From the NCBI GenBank assembly GCA_963707215.1, contig CAVPPB010000003.1:1184001-1248000 (forward strand): DNA of 64,000 nucleotides, read 5' to 3'. The DNA comes from an uncultured Chloroflexia bacterium (GTDB taxonomy: Bacteria > Chloroflexota > Limnocylindria > Limnocylindrales > CSP1-4). The notes beneath the pieces were generated by a model. It was not told the DNA's origin. It saw only the letters and a list, made by a program, of their open reading frames with translations, and searched no databases. The translations under genes were made by a program, and so were the position numbers. Positions 19,916 to 34,366 of this stretch are shown here, piece after piece. The number at the start of each line of letters is the position of its first letter. Within the stretch, counting starts at the first letter, position 1.

Positions 19916-21490
19916 ATGGAGATCCGTCGCGGCTGGGTCCTCCTCGCGGTCGTCCTCGGCTCCGCGGTCGTCTTTCTCGACGGGACGGTCGTCAACGTCG
20001 CCCTGGAGCGGATCGGCGAGGACCTGCCGGCCGCCGTGATCGGCCGGCTCGAGGGGCTGACCTACATCAACGCGGGCTACCTGGCGATCCTGGCGGCCCT
20101 GCTGATCCTGGCCGGGGCCGCTGGTGATCGGTACGGCCGGCGGCGCGTCTTTGCGGCCGGTCTCGTCGGGTTCGGCCTCACCTCGATGCTCTGTGGCCTG
20201 GCTCCGACGCTCGAAGCGCTCGTCGCCTTCCGGCTGGTCCAGGGCGCGGCCGGGGCGCTCCTGGTCCCCGGGGCCCTGGCCATCATCACGGCGACCTTCG
20301 ATGGCGAGGAGCGCGGCCGCTCGATCGGGATCTGGGCCGCAGCGACCTCGGCCATGCTGATCCTGGGGCCGGTCATCGGCGGGATCCTGATCGACGTCGC
20401 CTCGTGGCGGGCCGTGTTCCTCATCAACGTCCCGCTGGTCCTGGTGGCTCTCTATGCCCTGCGGTTCGTGGCCGAGTCACGTGACGAGGGGGTCGGCCGG
20501 CGGCTCGACTGGCTCGGCGCGGCCGTCGTGACGGTCGCTATCGGAGGGCTCGCCTTCGGCGCCATCCGGGGCCAGGAGAGCGATTGGTCGGACCCGGTCG
20601 CCTTCGTCGCCCTGGGCGTCGGGGCGGTCGCCCTGGTCGCCTTCCCCGTGCTCATGACCCGACGGCCGGACCCCCTGGTGCCGCTCGAGCTGTTCCGGGA
20701 TCGGTCGTTCAGCACGATCAACCTCTCGACCCTGGTGATCTACGGTGCGCTCTACATGGTCTGGGCCTTCGTGGCCCTCTTCGCCCAGGGAACGCTCGGC
20801 TACAGCCCGCTGGCGTCCGGGTTGGTGCTGGCTGTCCCCGCCCTCCTGCTGACCGTCCTGTCGACCCCGGCGGGTCGCTCGGCCGCTCGCCTCGGGCCTC
20901 GCCGCTTCCTGGTCGTCGGGCCGCTCGTCATGGCAGCGGGTCTGGCCTGGCTCGTCCGGGTCCCGGCGTCGAGCGAGGCATGGACCGCGACCCTCGGCGA
21001 CCCGTCGAGCTTGCTGCCCCCGCCCGACGCAGTCGTCGACGTGGTCCTCGCGATGGTCGTCTACGGCCTGGGGCTCTCGCTCCTCGTCGCCCCCCTGACG
21101 ACCGCCCTGATGGCCTCGGTCCCGGTCAGCCGGGCGGGCCTCGGCTCGGCGATCAACAACGCGGTCTCGCGCGTCGGCGCACCGCTCGCGGGGGCGGTCC
21201 TCTTCATCGCGGTGAGCGCCACGTTCTACTCGACCGTGGTGGACCTGGTGCCTGGCCTTGGGGCCGACGACCCGATGGTCCAGCAGCTGGAGCCGCTGGC
21301 GCCTCCGGATCCGGCGCTGCCACCGGACGTGGTCGACGCCGCGAACGAGGCCTCGACCCAGGCCTTCCGCCTGGCCATGGCCGTCTCGGCCGCGATGCTC
21401 GTTGCAGGGGCGGTCGTCAGCGGGATCGGGCTGCGCCGTCCCGGGACGGGGCCACGGACGGCCGCCGACCATCCCGGCACCATCGGCTGA
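19916..21490 (+). CDS. MFS drug:H+ antiporter, DHA2 family (14 TM)
   Basis: FLDGTVVNVAL, GDRYGRRR, WRAVFLINVP; SD GGAGG. Confidence 0.9.
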   Translation: MEIRRGWVLLAVVLGSAVVFLDGTVVNVALERIGEDLPAAVIGRLEGLTYINAGYLAILAALLILAGAAGDRYGRRRVFAAGLVGFGLTSMLCGLAPTLEALVAFRLVQGAAGALLVPGALAIITATFDGEERGRSIGIWAAATSAMLILGPVIGGILIDVASWRAVFLINVPLVLVALYALRFVAESRDEGVGRRLDWLGAAVVTVAIGGLAFGAIRGQESDWSDPVAFVALGVGAVALVAFPVLMTRRPDPLVPLELFRDRSFSTINLSTLVIYGALYMVWAFVALFAQGTLGYSPLASGLVLAVPALLLTVLSTPAGRSAARLGPRRFLVVGPLVMAAGLAWLVRVPASSEAWTATLGDPSSLLPPPDAVVDVVLAMVVYGLGLSLLVAPLTTALMASVPVSRAGLGSAINNAVSRVGAPLAGAVLFIAVSATFYSTVVDLVPGLGADDPMVQQLEPLAPPDPALPPDVVDAANEASTQAFRLAMAVSAAMLVAGAVVSGIGLRRPGTGPRTAADHPGTIG

Positions 21491-22266
21491 TGGACGAGAC
21501 GAGACCTCCGCGGCGCTCCAGCGACCGACCGCGGGACTGGGACGGCTCGACCTACGACCGGATCTCGGACCCGATGCTTCGGATGGGTGCGGTCGTGCTC
21601 GAGCGCCTGGGTCTCGCTGGCGACGAGCGGGTCCTCGACGCCGGGTGTGGCTCCGGACGGGTCACCGAGCTGCTGGTCGAGCGACTCCCGTCGGGCAGGG
21701 TCGTGGCGGTGGATGGCTCCCCGTCGATGATCGCCGAGGCGCGGCGGCGCCTGGCTCGGTTCGGCGACCGGGTCGAGTGCCACGTCGCCGACCTGGCGCG
21801 ACCGCTGCCCCTCGCTGAGACGGTCGACGCCATCCTGTCGACGGCGACGTTCCACTGGATCGGCGACCACGACGCCCTCTTCCGGAACCTCGCCGCCGTC
21901 CTGCGGCCGGGTGGACGGCTGACGGCCCAGTGCGGCGGCGTCGGCAACCTCGAGACGGTCTTCGCGATCCTCGAGACCGTCGGCGACGGCTGGCGGGGAC
22001 CGCAGCGGTTCGAGACCCCGGAGGCGACGACCCGGAGGCTCACGGAGGCCGGCTTCCGTGACGTGCGCTGCTGGCTGGTCCGCGAGACGGTCGTCCTGGG
22101 ACCCGGCGAGCCGCTCGAGGCGTACCTGCGGACGATCGTCCTCGGCGCTCATCTCGAGCGCCTCCCGCAGGCGAAGCGGGATCCCTTCGTCCGGGCCGTC
22201 GCCGGCCGGATGGCCGAGCCGGTCCTCGACTACGTCCGGCTCAACATCGACGCGACGCGTGCCTGA
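21490..22266 (+). CDS. Class I SAM-dependent methyltransferase (trans-aconitate methyltransferase-like)
   Basis: WDGSTY, VLDAGCGSG, DGSPSM, LSTATFHW, LDYVRLNI. Confidence 0.85.
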   Translation: MDETRPPRRSSDRPRDWDGSTYDRISDPMLRMGAVVLERLGLAGDERVLDAGCGSGRVTELLVERLPSGRVVAVDGSPSMIAEARRRLARFGDRVECHVADLARPLPLAETVDAILSTATFHWIGDHDALFRNLAAVLRPGGRLTAQCGGVGNLETVFAILETVGDGWRGPQRFETPEATTRRLTEAGFRDVRCWLVRETVVLGPGEPLEAYLRTIVLGAHLERLPQAKRDPFVRAVAGRMAEPVLDYVRLNIDATRA

Positions 22267-22334
22267 CCCGGATACGGACGGCCGACCACTTCACGGGGGC
22301 GGTCGACAACGGCGCTGTTCGCCGGCGCCGCGGG

Positions 22335-22880
22335 TCAGCGGACCCGGAACGGCTCGCCGTGACCGGGGATGACGACGTCGGCAGCCTGGAGGACGCGAGC
22401 CCGGCCCCGCTCGATCGCCGCCTGGTCCCAGCCCAGCGGGTCCACCTCTGGCGTCCGGTCGCCCCGCCACCACAGGTGGGTCAGGGCATAGACGGCGTCG
22501 TCGGCCTCGACGAGCAGCGTCGCGTCCTCCTCGGTGTGGCCGGGCGTGAGCCAGAGTCGGCTCCGCGGAGCCAGCCGGTACCCGTCACCATCGTGATCGA
22601 GCCACTCGTCGCCGCGGTAGCGGGCCCAGAAGTCGACGACCTCGGCATTCGGGAAGAGGGCGATGTTGACCGTGTGGTCCGGGTGGTGGTGGGACAGGAA
22701 GACGTGGGTGACGGCCTCGGGCGCCACGCCGAGGGCCGCGAGCGGGTCCAGGATGCGCGAGCGGCTGGCCACCATGCCCGGGTCGGCGACGATCACGGCG
22801 TCGCCGTCGCGGACGAGCACGACGCTGCTGGCGACGCGGTCGCCGGCATAGCCGGCGTGGAGCAGGTCGACGGTGGTCAC
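22335..22880 (-). CDS. MBL-fold metallo-hydrolase (short)
   Basis: SHHHPDH, TPGHT, IPGHG. Confidence 0.85.
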   Translation of the reverse strand: MTTVDLLHAGYAGDRVASSVVLVRDGDAVIVADPGMVASRSRILDPLAALGVAPEAVTHVFLSHHHPDHTVNIALFPNAEVVDFWARYRGDEWLDHDGDGYRLAPRSRLWLTPGHTEEDATLLVEADDAVYALTHLWWRGDRTPEVDPLGWDQAAIERGRARVLQAADVVIPGHGEPFRVR

Positions 22881-23125
22881 GGGTCACCTCACGAGCCGGC
22901 GCCGCCGACGGCGGCGGCACGCCTCGAGCGAGGGTAGCGGCCCGCTCGCCCCGCCGTCGCGTCCGGCGGCGGCCGTCGCCCCGCACGGCGGCCATCGCCC
23001 CCAGCGAGCGTCGCGCGTGCCGGACTCCTCCGTCCGCGGCGGGATCGCCGTGGCATCCTTCGGTCGCCGACCAGCCCACGCAGGCGTCCTCGCTGGGCAC
23101 GGTGGCCGAACAGCGAGGAGCCCCG

Positions 23126-24817
23126 ATGACCGTCGTGTCCGAACGAGCCCGGAACATCGACCGACCCCGTCCCTCAAAGGGCATCGCCGACCTGGTCCTG
23201 ACCGGGGGCACGGTCACCACGATGGACGCCACCCGGCGCGTCGCCGAGGCCATCGCCGTCACCGAGGGCCGCATCTCGTTCGTCGGACTGGCCCGCGACA
23301 CCCGGGCCCTCGTCGGCCCCTCCACCCGCGTCGTGGACCTGCGCGGCCGGATGGTCTTGCCCGGGTTCCAGGATGCCCATGTCCACCCGACCCATGGCGG
23401 TCTCGCCATGCTCCGCTGCGAGCTCCACGGTGTCGACGGAGCGATGGCCTGCGTCGACACGGTCCGGACCTACGCGGCAGCGAACCCGGACGTGGCATGG
23501 ATCCTCGGCGGCGGGTGGCAGATGGCCGACTACCCGCGGGGGACACCGGCGAAGGAGCTCCTGGACGCCGTCGTGGCCGACCGGCCGGTCCTTCTGACGA
23601 ACCGCGACGGGCACGGCGCGTGGGTGAACTCGCGGGCCCTGGAGCTGGCCGGCATCGACCGCGACACGCCCGACCCCGCCGACGGTCGGATCGAACGGAC
23701 TGCCGACGGTGAGCCGCAGGGGACCCTCCACGAGGGGGCCATGACCCTCGTCCAGCGTCTCGCTCCGGACACCGACCCGGAGGAGCTCGAGCGTGGCCTT
23801 GCCAAGGGTCAGGCCTACCTCCACTCGCTCGGCATCACCGCTTGGCAGGACGCCTGGGTGACGGAGGAGGACGACGACGCCTATGCCGCCCTGGCGGGCC
23901 GGGGCGAGCTGACCGCCCGGGTCGCAGCATCGTACTGGTGGGACCGGGAGCTCGGCCTCGACCAGCTCGATGACATCCTGGCCTGGCGCGATCGCGGCCC
24001 GGTGGGTCGGTACCGGCGGACCAGCGTCAAGCTCATGCTCGACGGCGTGCTCGAGAACTTCACCGGCGCCATGCTCGAGCCCTACCTGGATGCGGCCGGC
24101 CGCCCGACGGGCAACACCGGGATCGACTTCATCGCCCGCGACGTCCTGCTGGAGGCGGTGACCCGGATCGATGCCGCCGGCCTGCAGCCGCACTTCCACG
24201 CCATCGGCGACCGGGCCGTCCGGAACGCCCTGGACGCCGTCGAGGCGGCTCGTCGCGCCAACGGCTGGTCGGACACCCGCCCCCACGTCGCCCACATCCA
24301 GGTCATCCACCCCGACGACCTGGCGCGGTTCCGCCGGGTCAGCCTGGTGGCCGATGCCCAGCCGTACTGGGCCTGCCACGAGGAGCAGATGGATGAGCTG
24401 ACGATCCCCTTCCTGGGGCCGGTGCGAACGACCTGGCAGTACCCGTTCGCATCGCTCCGGCGGGCCGGGGCGATGCTCTGCATGGGCTCCGACTGGAGCG
24501 TCTCGACGCCCGACCCGCTGCTCGAGATGGAGGTCGCGGTCGAGCGGGTCGCCGATCGCAGCCGCGGCACGAGGGACCCCTTCCTGGCGGACGAGCGTCT
24601 GACCCTGGACGACGCCCTGGCCGCCTTCACCATCGGCTCCGCCTACGTGAACCACCTCGACGACGAGACCGGCACGCTCGAGGTCGGCAAGCTGGCCGAC
24701 CTGGCGGTCCTCGACCGCGACCTCTTCGCGCTGGGCGCCGGTCCCATCGGCGACGCCCGGGTCGTGCTGACGCTGGTCGAGGGCGACGTCGTCTACGAGG
24801 ACGGCCTGGAGGGCTGA
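23126..24817 (+). CDS. Amidohydrolase 3 family, YtcJ/NfdA-like
   Basis: PGFQDAHVH, DGHGAWVNS, VKLMLDG, HAIGDRAV, GSDWSV, GTLEVGKLAD; SD GAGGAG. Confidence 0.9.
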   Translation: MTVVSERARNIDRPRPSKGIADLVLTGGTVTTMDATRRVAEAIAVTEGRISFVGLARDTRALVGPSTRVVDLRGRMVLPGFQDAHVHPTHGGLAMLRCELHGVDGAMACVDTVRTYAAANPDVAWILGGGWQMADYPRGTPAKELLDAVVADRPVLLTNRDGHGAWVNSRALELAGIDRDTPDPADGRIERTADGEPQGTLHEGAMTLVQRLAPDTDPEELERGLAKGQAYLHSLGITAWQDAWVTEEDDDAYAALAGRGELTARVAASYWWDRELGLDQLDDILAWRDRGPVGRYRRTSVKLMLDGVLENFTGAMLEPYLDAAGRPTGNTGIDFIARDVLLEAVTRIDAAGLQPHFHAIGDRAVRNALDAVEAARRANGWSDTRPHVAHIQVIHPDDLARFRRVSLVADAQPYWACHEEQMDELTIPFLGPVRTTWQYPFASLRRAGAMLCMGSDWSVSTPDPLLEMEVAVERVADRSRGTRDPFLADERLTLDDALAAFTIGSAYVNHLDDETGTLEVGKLADLAVLDRDLFALGAGPIGDARVVLTLVEGDVVYEDGLEG

Positions 24818-24840
24818 GGATCGCCGGCGGACCTCGGAAG

Positions 24841-24909
24841 GACCCCGGCGCGGCGTCCGCCGGAGCGACCCCGGCGCGGCGTCCGCCGGAGCGACCCCGG
24901 CGCGGCGTC
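24841..24909. repeat. 26-bp tandem repeat (about 2.7 copies)
   Basis: GACCCCGGCGCGGCGTCCGCCGGAGC at 24841 and 24867, partial at 24893; no spacers. Confidence 0.85.
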
Positions 24910-25043
24910 GCAGGCTCGTCACGACGCATGACGTAGACGCACCGCCGACCGTTGCCGGTGTCCGTGCGAGCGGGCCGCTGCGACCATTCGGACTGCGAAC
25001 CTCACCGAGACCGGAGGGGCGCAGGAAGGAGGTCCAGCGAGAC

Positions 25044-25259
25044 ATGAACGCATACGCCGTATTCGTCGCCCAGCAGGCGATCGACCAGCTCCGAGAGGAC
25101 GCTCGTCAGGCGCGCCTCGCCCGGGCCGCCAGCGCCCGAGGGCCCCGGCGGTCCCCCATCACCGCGATCGCGGGGTGGGTCCGGCGGAAGCTGGAGGAGC
25201 CCGTCTCCGACGTCTTCATGGTCGTTCCGAAGCTGATCGACTACCCGCACCGCAGCTGA
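25044..25259 (+). CDS. Small hypothetical protein (71 aa)
   Basis: Strong SD AAGGAGG, ATG, GC3-biased codons, fills an intergenic gap. Confidence 0.65.
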   Translation: MNAYAVFVAQQAIDQLREDARQARLARAASARGPRRSPITAIAGWVRRKLEEPVSDVFMVVPKLIDYPHRS

Positions 25260-25352
25260 TTCCCCACTCCTCCCGGCTGCGGAGCCTCACGACCGGCGGT
25301 CCCACGGACCGCCGGTCGTGTCGTTCCTGCCGACGGCAGGGGGAGCCGCGCG

Positions 25353-26006
25353 TCAGCCGCGGCCGGGCGGCTCGAGGTCGGCAGGGCGGTCCACGTCGCG
25401 GAGCGAGAGGCCCGTCGGGTCGATCGCCCGCCAGACCGCCTCGGGGATCGCCTCCGCGCCGAGGTCGTCGAGCAGGGCGAGGAGACTGCGCCGGTCCCGG
25501 GCCAGGCAACGCTCCGCGGTGGCCCGGGCAGGTCCGACCCGGAGGCCGAGCGGCAGCGGACGGAGCGTCGTCCCGTCCAGCAGCGCCGCGGCGTCCGCCC
25601 CGCCACGCAGACGGTCGGCCAGGAGCTCGAGGATCGCCCCGGGGACGAACGGCATGTCGCCGCCGAGGACGAGCGCGAGCTCGGCGGTCGTCCCGTCCAG
25701 CGCGGCGGCCAGGCCGACCAGCGGGCCACCGTCGGGGACCGCATCCGCGACGGAGCGGACCGGCACCGGCGACGACGCCACCACCTCCAGCGCATCCGGC
25801 GGCTGCCCCGGCCGGACCGCGACGACGACCTCGTCGACGTGGGCGACCAGCGCGTCGATGGCATGGCGGACCAGCGGCCGGCCGCCCAGGTCCTCGACCA
25901 GCTTGTCGCGCCCGAACCGCCGGGACGCCCCTCCCGCCAGGATGATCCCGGCCACGCCCCGGAGCCCCCGGCCCCTGCCGGCGAGCGGCTCGCGAGGCTC
26001 CGTCAC
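25353..26006 (-). CDS. mobA: Molybdenum cofactor guanylyltransferase
   Basis: ILAGGASRRFGRDK, GGPLVGL, GGDMPF, DVDRPADL; GTG overlaps the selB stop. Confidence 0.88.
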   Translation of the reverse strand: MTEPREPLAGRGRGLRGVAGIILAGGASRRFGRDKLVEDLGGRPLVRHAIDALVAHVDEVVVAVRPGQPPDALEVVASSPVPVRSVADAVPDGGPLVGLAAALDGTTAELALVLGGDMPFVPGAILELLADRLRGGADAAALLDGTTLRPLPLGLRVGPARATAERCLARDRRSLLALLDDLGAEAIPEAVWRAIDPTGLSLRDVDRPADLEPPGRG

Positions 26007-28015
26007 GGCAGCGCGCCGGGAGCGCCGGTCCGTGGACCCGGAACGTGGCCGTCCGGGGTCCGCCGGAGGACGCCGCGCCGGTCGAGGTCCTCGAGGATGG
26101 CCAGGGCGAACCGGCGGCTGCTGCCGGTGGCGTCCCGGAAGGCCGCCGGGGTGAGCGGCCCGGACCTCGCCAACTCGATCGCCTGGGTCGCCAGGGCGCG
26201 ATAGGTGGTCGTGGCGTAGGCCAGCTCCGGCTCCAGCCGGACGATCCGGCCGGATCCCTCGAGGGCACGGACGCCTTCCGGCGGGCAGTCCGCGGACCGG
26301 ACGGCCTCGCCGAACGGGGGCGGGGCGGGCACGGCGAGGAGGGCTTCGAGGCGGTCCATGGCGGCCGCGAGCGCCGGCGGCGGGCCCGGCGTCGAGCCGG
26401 GTGGCCGGAGTCGATCCCCGTCGCGCTCCAGGCGTCCCTCGGCCACGAGCCGGTCGATGAGAGCGCTGGCGGCGGCCGAAGCGGCCGGCGGGGCGGCCGC
26501 CACCCGACGACGGAGACCCAGGGCCAGAGCCGTCCGGAGAGCCCCGATGGGGACGCCTGCCGAATCTGGTTCGGCCCGGACGTGGGCTTCGACGGTCTCG
26601 AGACCGGCCAGGGCGAGCTCGGAGGCGACGGTCGCCTCGACGACGAGGGACCCGAGCTGCACGGGTCCGGGAGCTGCGACCGACCCGTCCGGTCCGGCTG
26701 TGGCGGCCGAGCCGCCACGCTCCCAGCGCTCGACCGGCAGGGCTCCGTGGAGGTCGACGAGCGCCAGGGCACGGGCGTCGTCGCCGCCGGCTCCGGCGAG
26801 GGCGGCGAGCCGCGCGCCCGTCACTCGCCGCCGAGACACCCCGGTCGGGGGTCGGGGATCGAGCACCCACCCGCCCGCGACGGTGGCAGGCGGGGAGGGG
26901 CGGCGCAGGGCCAGCCGGTCGCCGGGACGGGCCGGGATGGGGCGGTCCAGGCGGACCTCCACGACCGTCGACCCATCGGGAAGCGCCGCCGGCTCGCTGC
27001 CGACCCGACGCAGGACGGCGCCGGCCTGGGCCGTGGCCAGGTGGATCCGGAGGTCGTCGCCCAGGGGCGGCCAGGCGCTCGACCGCCCTCCCGGCACCCG
27101 ACGCCGTTCCCCGATGCCACCGGGCGGTGCGGTGGCGTCGGCGGTCCAGCCGACCGGCCGACGGATCGCGACGAGCAGTCGGTCGGTGGCGACGACGAGC
27201 GGATCGGCCGTCAGGACCTGGCCGCGGGCCAGCGCGGCGGCGTCGATGCCGGCCAGGTTCAGGGCGGTCCGACCCACCGGTGCCCGCTCGATCGACCCCC
27301 CGTGCACCTGGACCTCGCGGACCCGGGCCGTCATGCCCCCCGGCTCGATCCGCAGGCTCCGGCCCACCTCCAGGGAGCCGCCCCGGAGCGTCCCGGTGAC
27401 GACCGTGCCGCGCCCCCGGACGGCGAAGACCCGGTCGATCGCCAGCCGCGGCCGGTCCGCGGACCCGTCTCTCCCGTCGGGTCGGTCGGCGCTGCGCTCC
27501 ACCGCGTCGCGCATCGCGACGAGGGCCGCCCGAAGCTCGTCCAGGCCCTCGCCCGTCTCGGCGGAGGTCAGGACGATCGGGGCGCCGGCCAGCGAGGTCC
27601 GCTCGACGAGCTCCCTGACCCGCTCCACGAGCTCCGATCGACGCGGGTCGCCGGGGGCCGCGAGGTCCGCTTTGGTGATCGACACGACGCCGGGCGCGAC
27701 CGCGAGCGCGTCGAGGAGCTCGAGGTGCTCCAGGGTCTGGGCTCGCGGCCCGTCATCCATCGCGACGACGAGCAGCGCAGCGTCGATCTCGCCCGCCCCG
27801 ACGAGCATGTTCCCGACGAGCCGGTCGTGCCCTGGCACGTCGACGAAGTCGAGCGAGCCGCCGTCGGGGAGGTCCAGATGGGCATAGCCGACGTCGATCG
27901 TCATGCCGCGCCGGCGCTCCTCGGGCAGGCGGTCGGCGTCGATCCCGGTCAGGGCTCGGAGCAGGGCCGTCTTGCCATGGTCGATGTGGCCGGCCGTGCC
28001 GACGACGACGGTCAT
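26003..28015 (-). CDS. selB: Selenocysteine-specific elongation factor
   Basis: [48 protein letters not shown]-terminal winged helix [20 protein letters not shown]. Confidence 0.95.
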   Translation of the reverse strand: MTVVVGTAGHIDHGKTALLRALTGIDADRLPEERRRGMTIDVGYAHLDLPDGGSLDFVDVPGHDRLVGNMLVGAGEIDAALLVVAMDDGPRAQTLEHLELLDALAVAPGVVSITKADLAAPGDPRRSELVERVRELVERTSLAGAPIVLTSAETGEGLDELRAALVAMRDAVERSADRPDGRDGSADRPRLAIDRVFAVRGRGTVVTGTLRGGSLEVGRSLRIEPGGMTARVREVQVHGGSIERAPVGRTALNLAGIDAAALARGQVLTADPLVVATDRLLVAIRRPVGWTADATAPPGGIGERRRVPGGRSSAWPPLGDDLRIHLATAQAGAVLRRVGSEPAALPDGSTVVEVRLDRPIPARPGDRLALRRPSPPATVAGGWVLDPRPPTGVSRRRVTGARLAALAGAGGDDARALALVDLHGALPVERWERGGSAATAGPDGSVAAPGPVQLGSLVVEATVASELALAGLETVEAHVRAEPDSAGVPIGALRTALALGLRRRVAAAPPAASAAASALIDRLVAEGRLERDGDRLRPPGSTPGPPPALAAAMDRLEALLAVPAPPPFGEAVRSADCPPEGVRALEGSGRIVRLEPELAYATTTYRALATQAIELARSGPLTPAAFRDATGSSRRFALAILEDLDRRGVLRRTPDGHVPGPRTGAPGALP

Positions 28016-29388
28016 CGCGGGCCGCCGGCAGCCTCGAGCGCCTCGACCATGGCCCGGCGCAGGGCGTCGTCGCTGGCCCGGTCGACGGTCCGCAGGTCGA
28101 GCAGTACGACGTCGTCCTCGACCCGGGCGATGACCGACGGAGTGCCGGTCCGGAGCGCATCCAGGCAGCGCTTCGGTGAGCGCGCCCGGATCCCGACCCC
28201 CCACGACGGCAGGGTCTGGCCGGGCAGCGAACCGCCGCCGATCGTCGACTCCAGGCGCTCCATCGAGAAGCCCGGGACGTCGCCGATGCGGTACCGGGCG
28301 ACGATCGACTCGGACCACGCCTCCAGCTCGCCGAGCGGCGTGGCGATCGCCCGCCAGACCGGGATCTCGCTTCGGGCGAGGCCGGCGCGATAGAGGCCCA
28401 GCGTGGCCGCCACGCCGGCGAGGGTCGTCTTGTCCGGTCGGGTCGCCCGGGCCAGCGGGTCGCGCCGGATGCGGGCGACGAGATCCGCCCGGCCGACGAC
28501 GAGCCCGGCTTGCGGCCCGCCCACCAGCTTGTCGCCGCTGAAGGTCACGAGGTCGGCGCCGGCGGCGAGGCGCTCCATCGGCGTCGGCTCGTGGGCCAGG
28601 CCGAAGTCGGCCGTGTCGAGCAGCGCCCCGCTGCCGAGGTCGTCGACGACGATCGCCCCATGGGCATGGGCGGCCGCGGCGAGCTCGGCGGGGTCGGGAG
28701 CCTCCACGAAGCCCGACTGGACGAAGTTCGAGGGGTGGACCCGCAGGACCATCGCCACGCGGCCCTCGGCCAGCACCTCGCGGAAGTCCTCGACCCTGGT
28801 CCGGTTGGTCGTGCCGACCTCGACGAGGCGGGCCCCGGCCCGCCGGATGATCTCGGGGATCCGGACCCCGCCGCCGATCTCTACGAGCTCACCCCGGGCG
28901 ACGGCGACGCCCCGCCGGCCGGCCAGCCCGACGGCCAGGGCGACGGCGGCGGCGTTGTTGTTGGTGACCAGGGCGTCCTCGGCCCCGGTCAGGGCCACGA
29001 GGTGCTCCTCGGCTCGTCGGTAGCGCCTGCCGCGCCGGCCGGTCGCCCGATCCATCTCCAGCAGGAGCGCCTCGCGGGCGGCGGTGTCCGCTGCCTCGAT
29101 GGCCGCCCTCGGCCAGGCGGCCCGGCCGAGGTTCGTGTGGACGATCACGCCGGTCGCGTTGATGGCCGGGGTGGGGCCCGCGTCGACGACGAGGCGCTGG
29201 AGCCTGTCGACGACGTCCGCCGCCAGGCCCGAGACCTCCCGGGGTGCGGCGCCGTTCGCAAGCCGTTGCCGCTCGTCATCGACGACGCTCCTGGCGACAG
29301 CCGCCAGGGCCGCGGCGTACCGCTCGCCGACCAGCGGACGGACGGCGGCCAGGACTCGCTCGACGCTGGGTGGTCGGGGCGATGACAT
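28012..29388 (-). CDS. selA: L-seryl-tRNA(Sec) selenium transferase
   Basis: [58 protein letters not shown]; SD GGAGG. Confidence 0.96.
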   Translation of the reverse strand: MSSPRPPSVERVLAAVRPLVGERYAAALAAVARSVVDDERQRLANGAAPREVSGLAADVVDRLQRLVVDAGPTPAINATGVIVHTNLGRAAWPRAAIEAADTAAREALLLEMDRATGRRGRRYRRAEEHLVALTGAEDALVTNNNAAAVALAVGLAGRRGVAVARGELVEIGGGVRIPEIIRRAGARLVEVGTTNRTRVEDFREVLAEGRVAMVLRVHPSNFVQSGFVEAPDPAELAAAAHAHGAIVVDDLGSGALLDTADFGLAHEPTPMERLAAGADLVTFSGDKLVGGPQAGLVVGRADLVARIRRDPLARATRPDKTTLAGVAATLGLYRAGLARSEIPVWRAIATPLGELEAWSESIVARYRIGDVPGFSMERLESTIGGGSLPGQTLPSWGVGIRARSPKRCLDALRTGTPSVIARVEDDVVLLDLRTVDRASDDALRRAMVEALEAAGGPR

Positions 29389-29405
29389 CGACCGGGTCCT
29401 CCGCT

Positions 29406-29502
29406 TGGCGGGAGCGCATGGGAGTCGAACCCACCACGCGACGCCGAGCGCCGCGTCACCGGTTTTGAAGACCGGGAGACCCACCGGGACCCCTCCGCTC
29501 CC
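29406..29502 (-). tRNA. selC: tRNA-Sec (anticodon UCA), 97 nt, encoded CCA
   Basis: Minus strand GGGAGCGG...CCGGT-CT-TCA-AA-ACCGG, 6-bp D stem with 4-nt loop, 9-bp variable arm, GTGGG-TTCGACT-CCCAT T arm, GCCA end; directly upstream of selA. Confidence 0.95.
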
Positions 29503-29585
29503 GTGGAGATGGTATCCGCTTCCCCTCGTGGGCTACCCTGTCCCGACCGCCGGAGCGAGGAAGCCGTCATGCGAGTCCCGATCCG

Positions 29586-33158
<3,573 letters not shown>

Positions 33159-34366
33159 CTCGGCACCGCTCCGCCTGACCGAGCTGACCGACTGCGGCGG
33201 CTGCGCCGCCAAGCTCGGGGCCGACCTGCTGGCAGAGGCGCTGGCCGGCCTTGGGGCGAGTGCGCCTGCGGCGCCCCCAGAGCTCATCGCGGGCCTCACG
33301 CCGCCCGACGACGCGGCTGCGTACCGGATCTCGGACGACCTCGCCGTCATCGGGACGCTCGACTTCTTCCCGCCCCTCGTCGACGATCCCTGGGCGTTCG
33401 GGGCGATCGCCGCCGCGAACGCGACCTCGGACGTCTTCGCGATGGGCGGTCGGGTCCTGTTCGCCCTCTCGATCGCGGCCTTCCCCGAGGCGCTGCCCCG
33501 GGAGACGATGGCGGCCATCCTGGACGGGGCCGCCACGACCGTGCGGGAGGCCGGCGGCACCCTCGCCGGCGGCCACACGATCCGTGACCCCGAGCCCAAG
33601 TACGGGCTGGCCGTCATCGGTGTCGGCCACCCGGACCGGCTGTTCAGGAAGGGCGGCGCCCGGCCGGGCGATCGCCTCCTGCTGACCAAGCCGCTGGGGA
33701 CCGGCCTCCTCGTGTCCGGGCAGCGGCAGGGCCTTGCCTCCGAGGAGGACCTGGCCGAGGCCATCACCTCCATGCGGGCCCTCAACCGGGCGGCGTCGGA
33801 GGTCCTCGCGCAGCACGGGATCCGTGGCGCGACCGACGTCACGGGCTTCGGCCTGTTGGGCCATGCAGGGGAGATGGCCCGCGCGTCGCGGTGCCGGTTC
33901 GTCTTCGAGGCGGCCGCCCTGCCGGCGCTGCCGGGCTCGATGGGCGTGGCCCAGGCTGGGCTCGAGACGGACGGGGCCGGCCACAACCGCCGCTCGATCG
34001 CCGATCTGCTGACCACGGGCGACCACGTCGAGGCCGCCGCGGTCGCCCTCGCGGTCGACCCCCAGACGTCCGGCGGACTGCTGGCGGCGGTCCCCGAGGC
34101 GGACCTGCCTGCCGTGGCGGAGGCCCTCGCCGCGGTCGGCGTCGAGGCTTCCATGGTCGGGTCGGTGGAGCAGTCCGAGCGGGCCGCGATCCTGCTTCGC
34201 TGAGCCTGCGCGGCCGGCAGGCCGGGGGGCCGGCAGGCCGGCGGGCCGGCGGCCGGCATGGCGGGGCCGCCCCGGGCATCTCGTCGATCGGCGTCGCCGT
34301 CCGTCCGTCGTGCCGCTCCCGCTGTCATGCCCAGCCGGGCATCCGAGGGAGCGATGCACCGATGGA

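Noticed and set aside
24841-24909. 26-bp repeats as a CRISPR array
   Set aside because: Copies are directly adjacent with no spacers, and no cas genes are present.
29389-29484. N-terminal extension of selA in the ORF track (start 29484)
   Set aside because: It runs through the tRNA-Sec gene; the SD-preceded ATG at 29388 is the plausible start.
33190-33213. SelD as a selenoprotein
   Set aside because: The active-site codon is TGC (CGGCAAK); there is no in-frame UGA.
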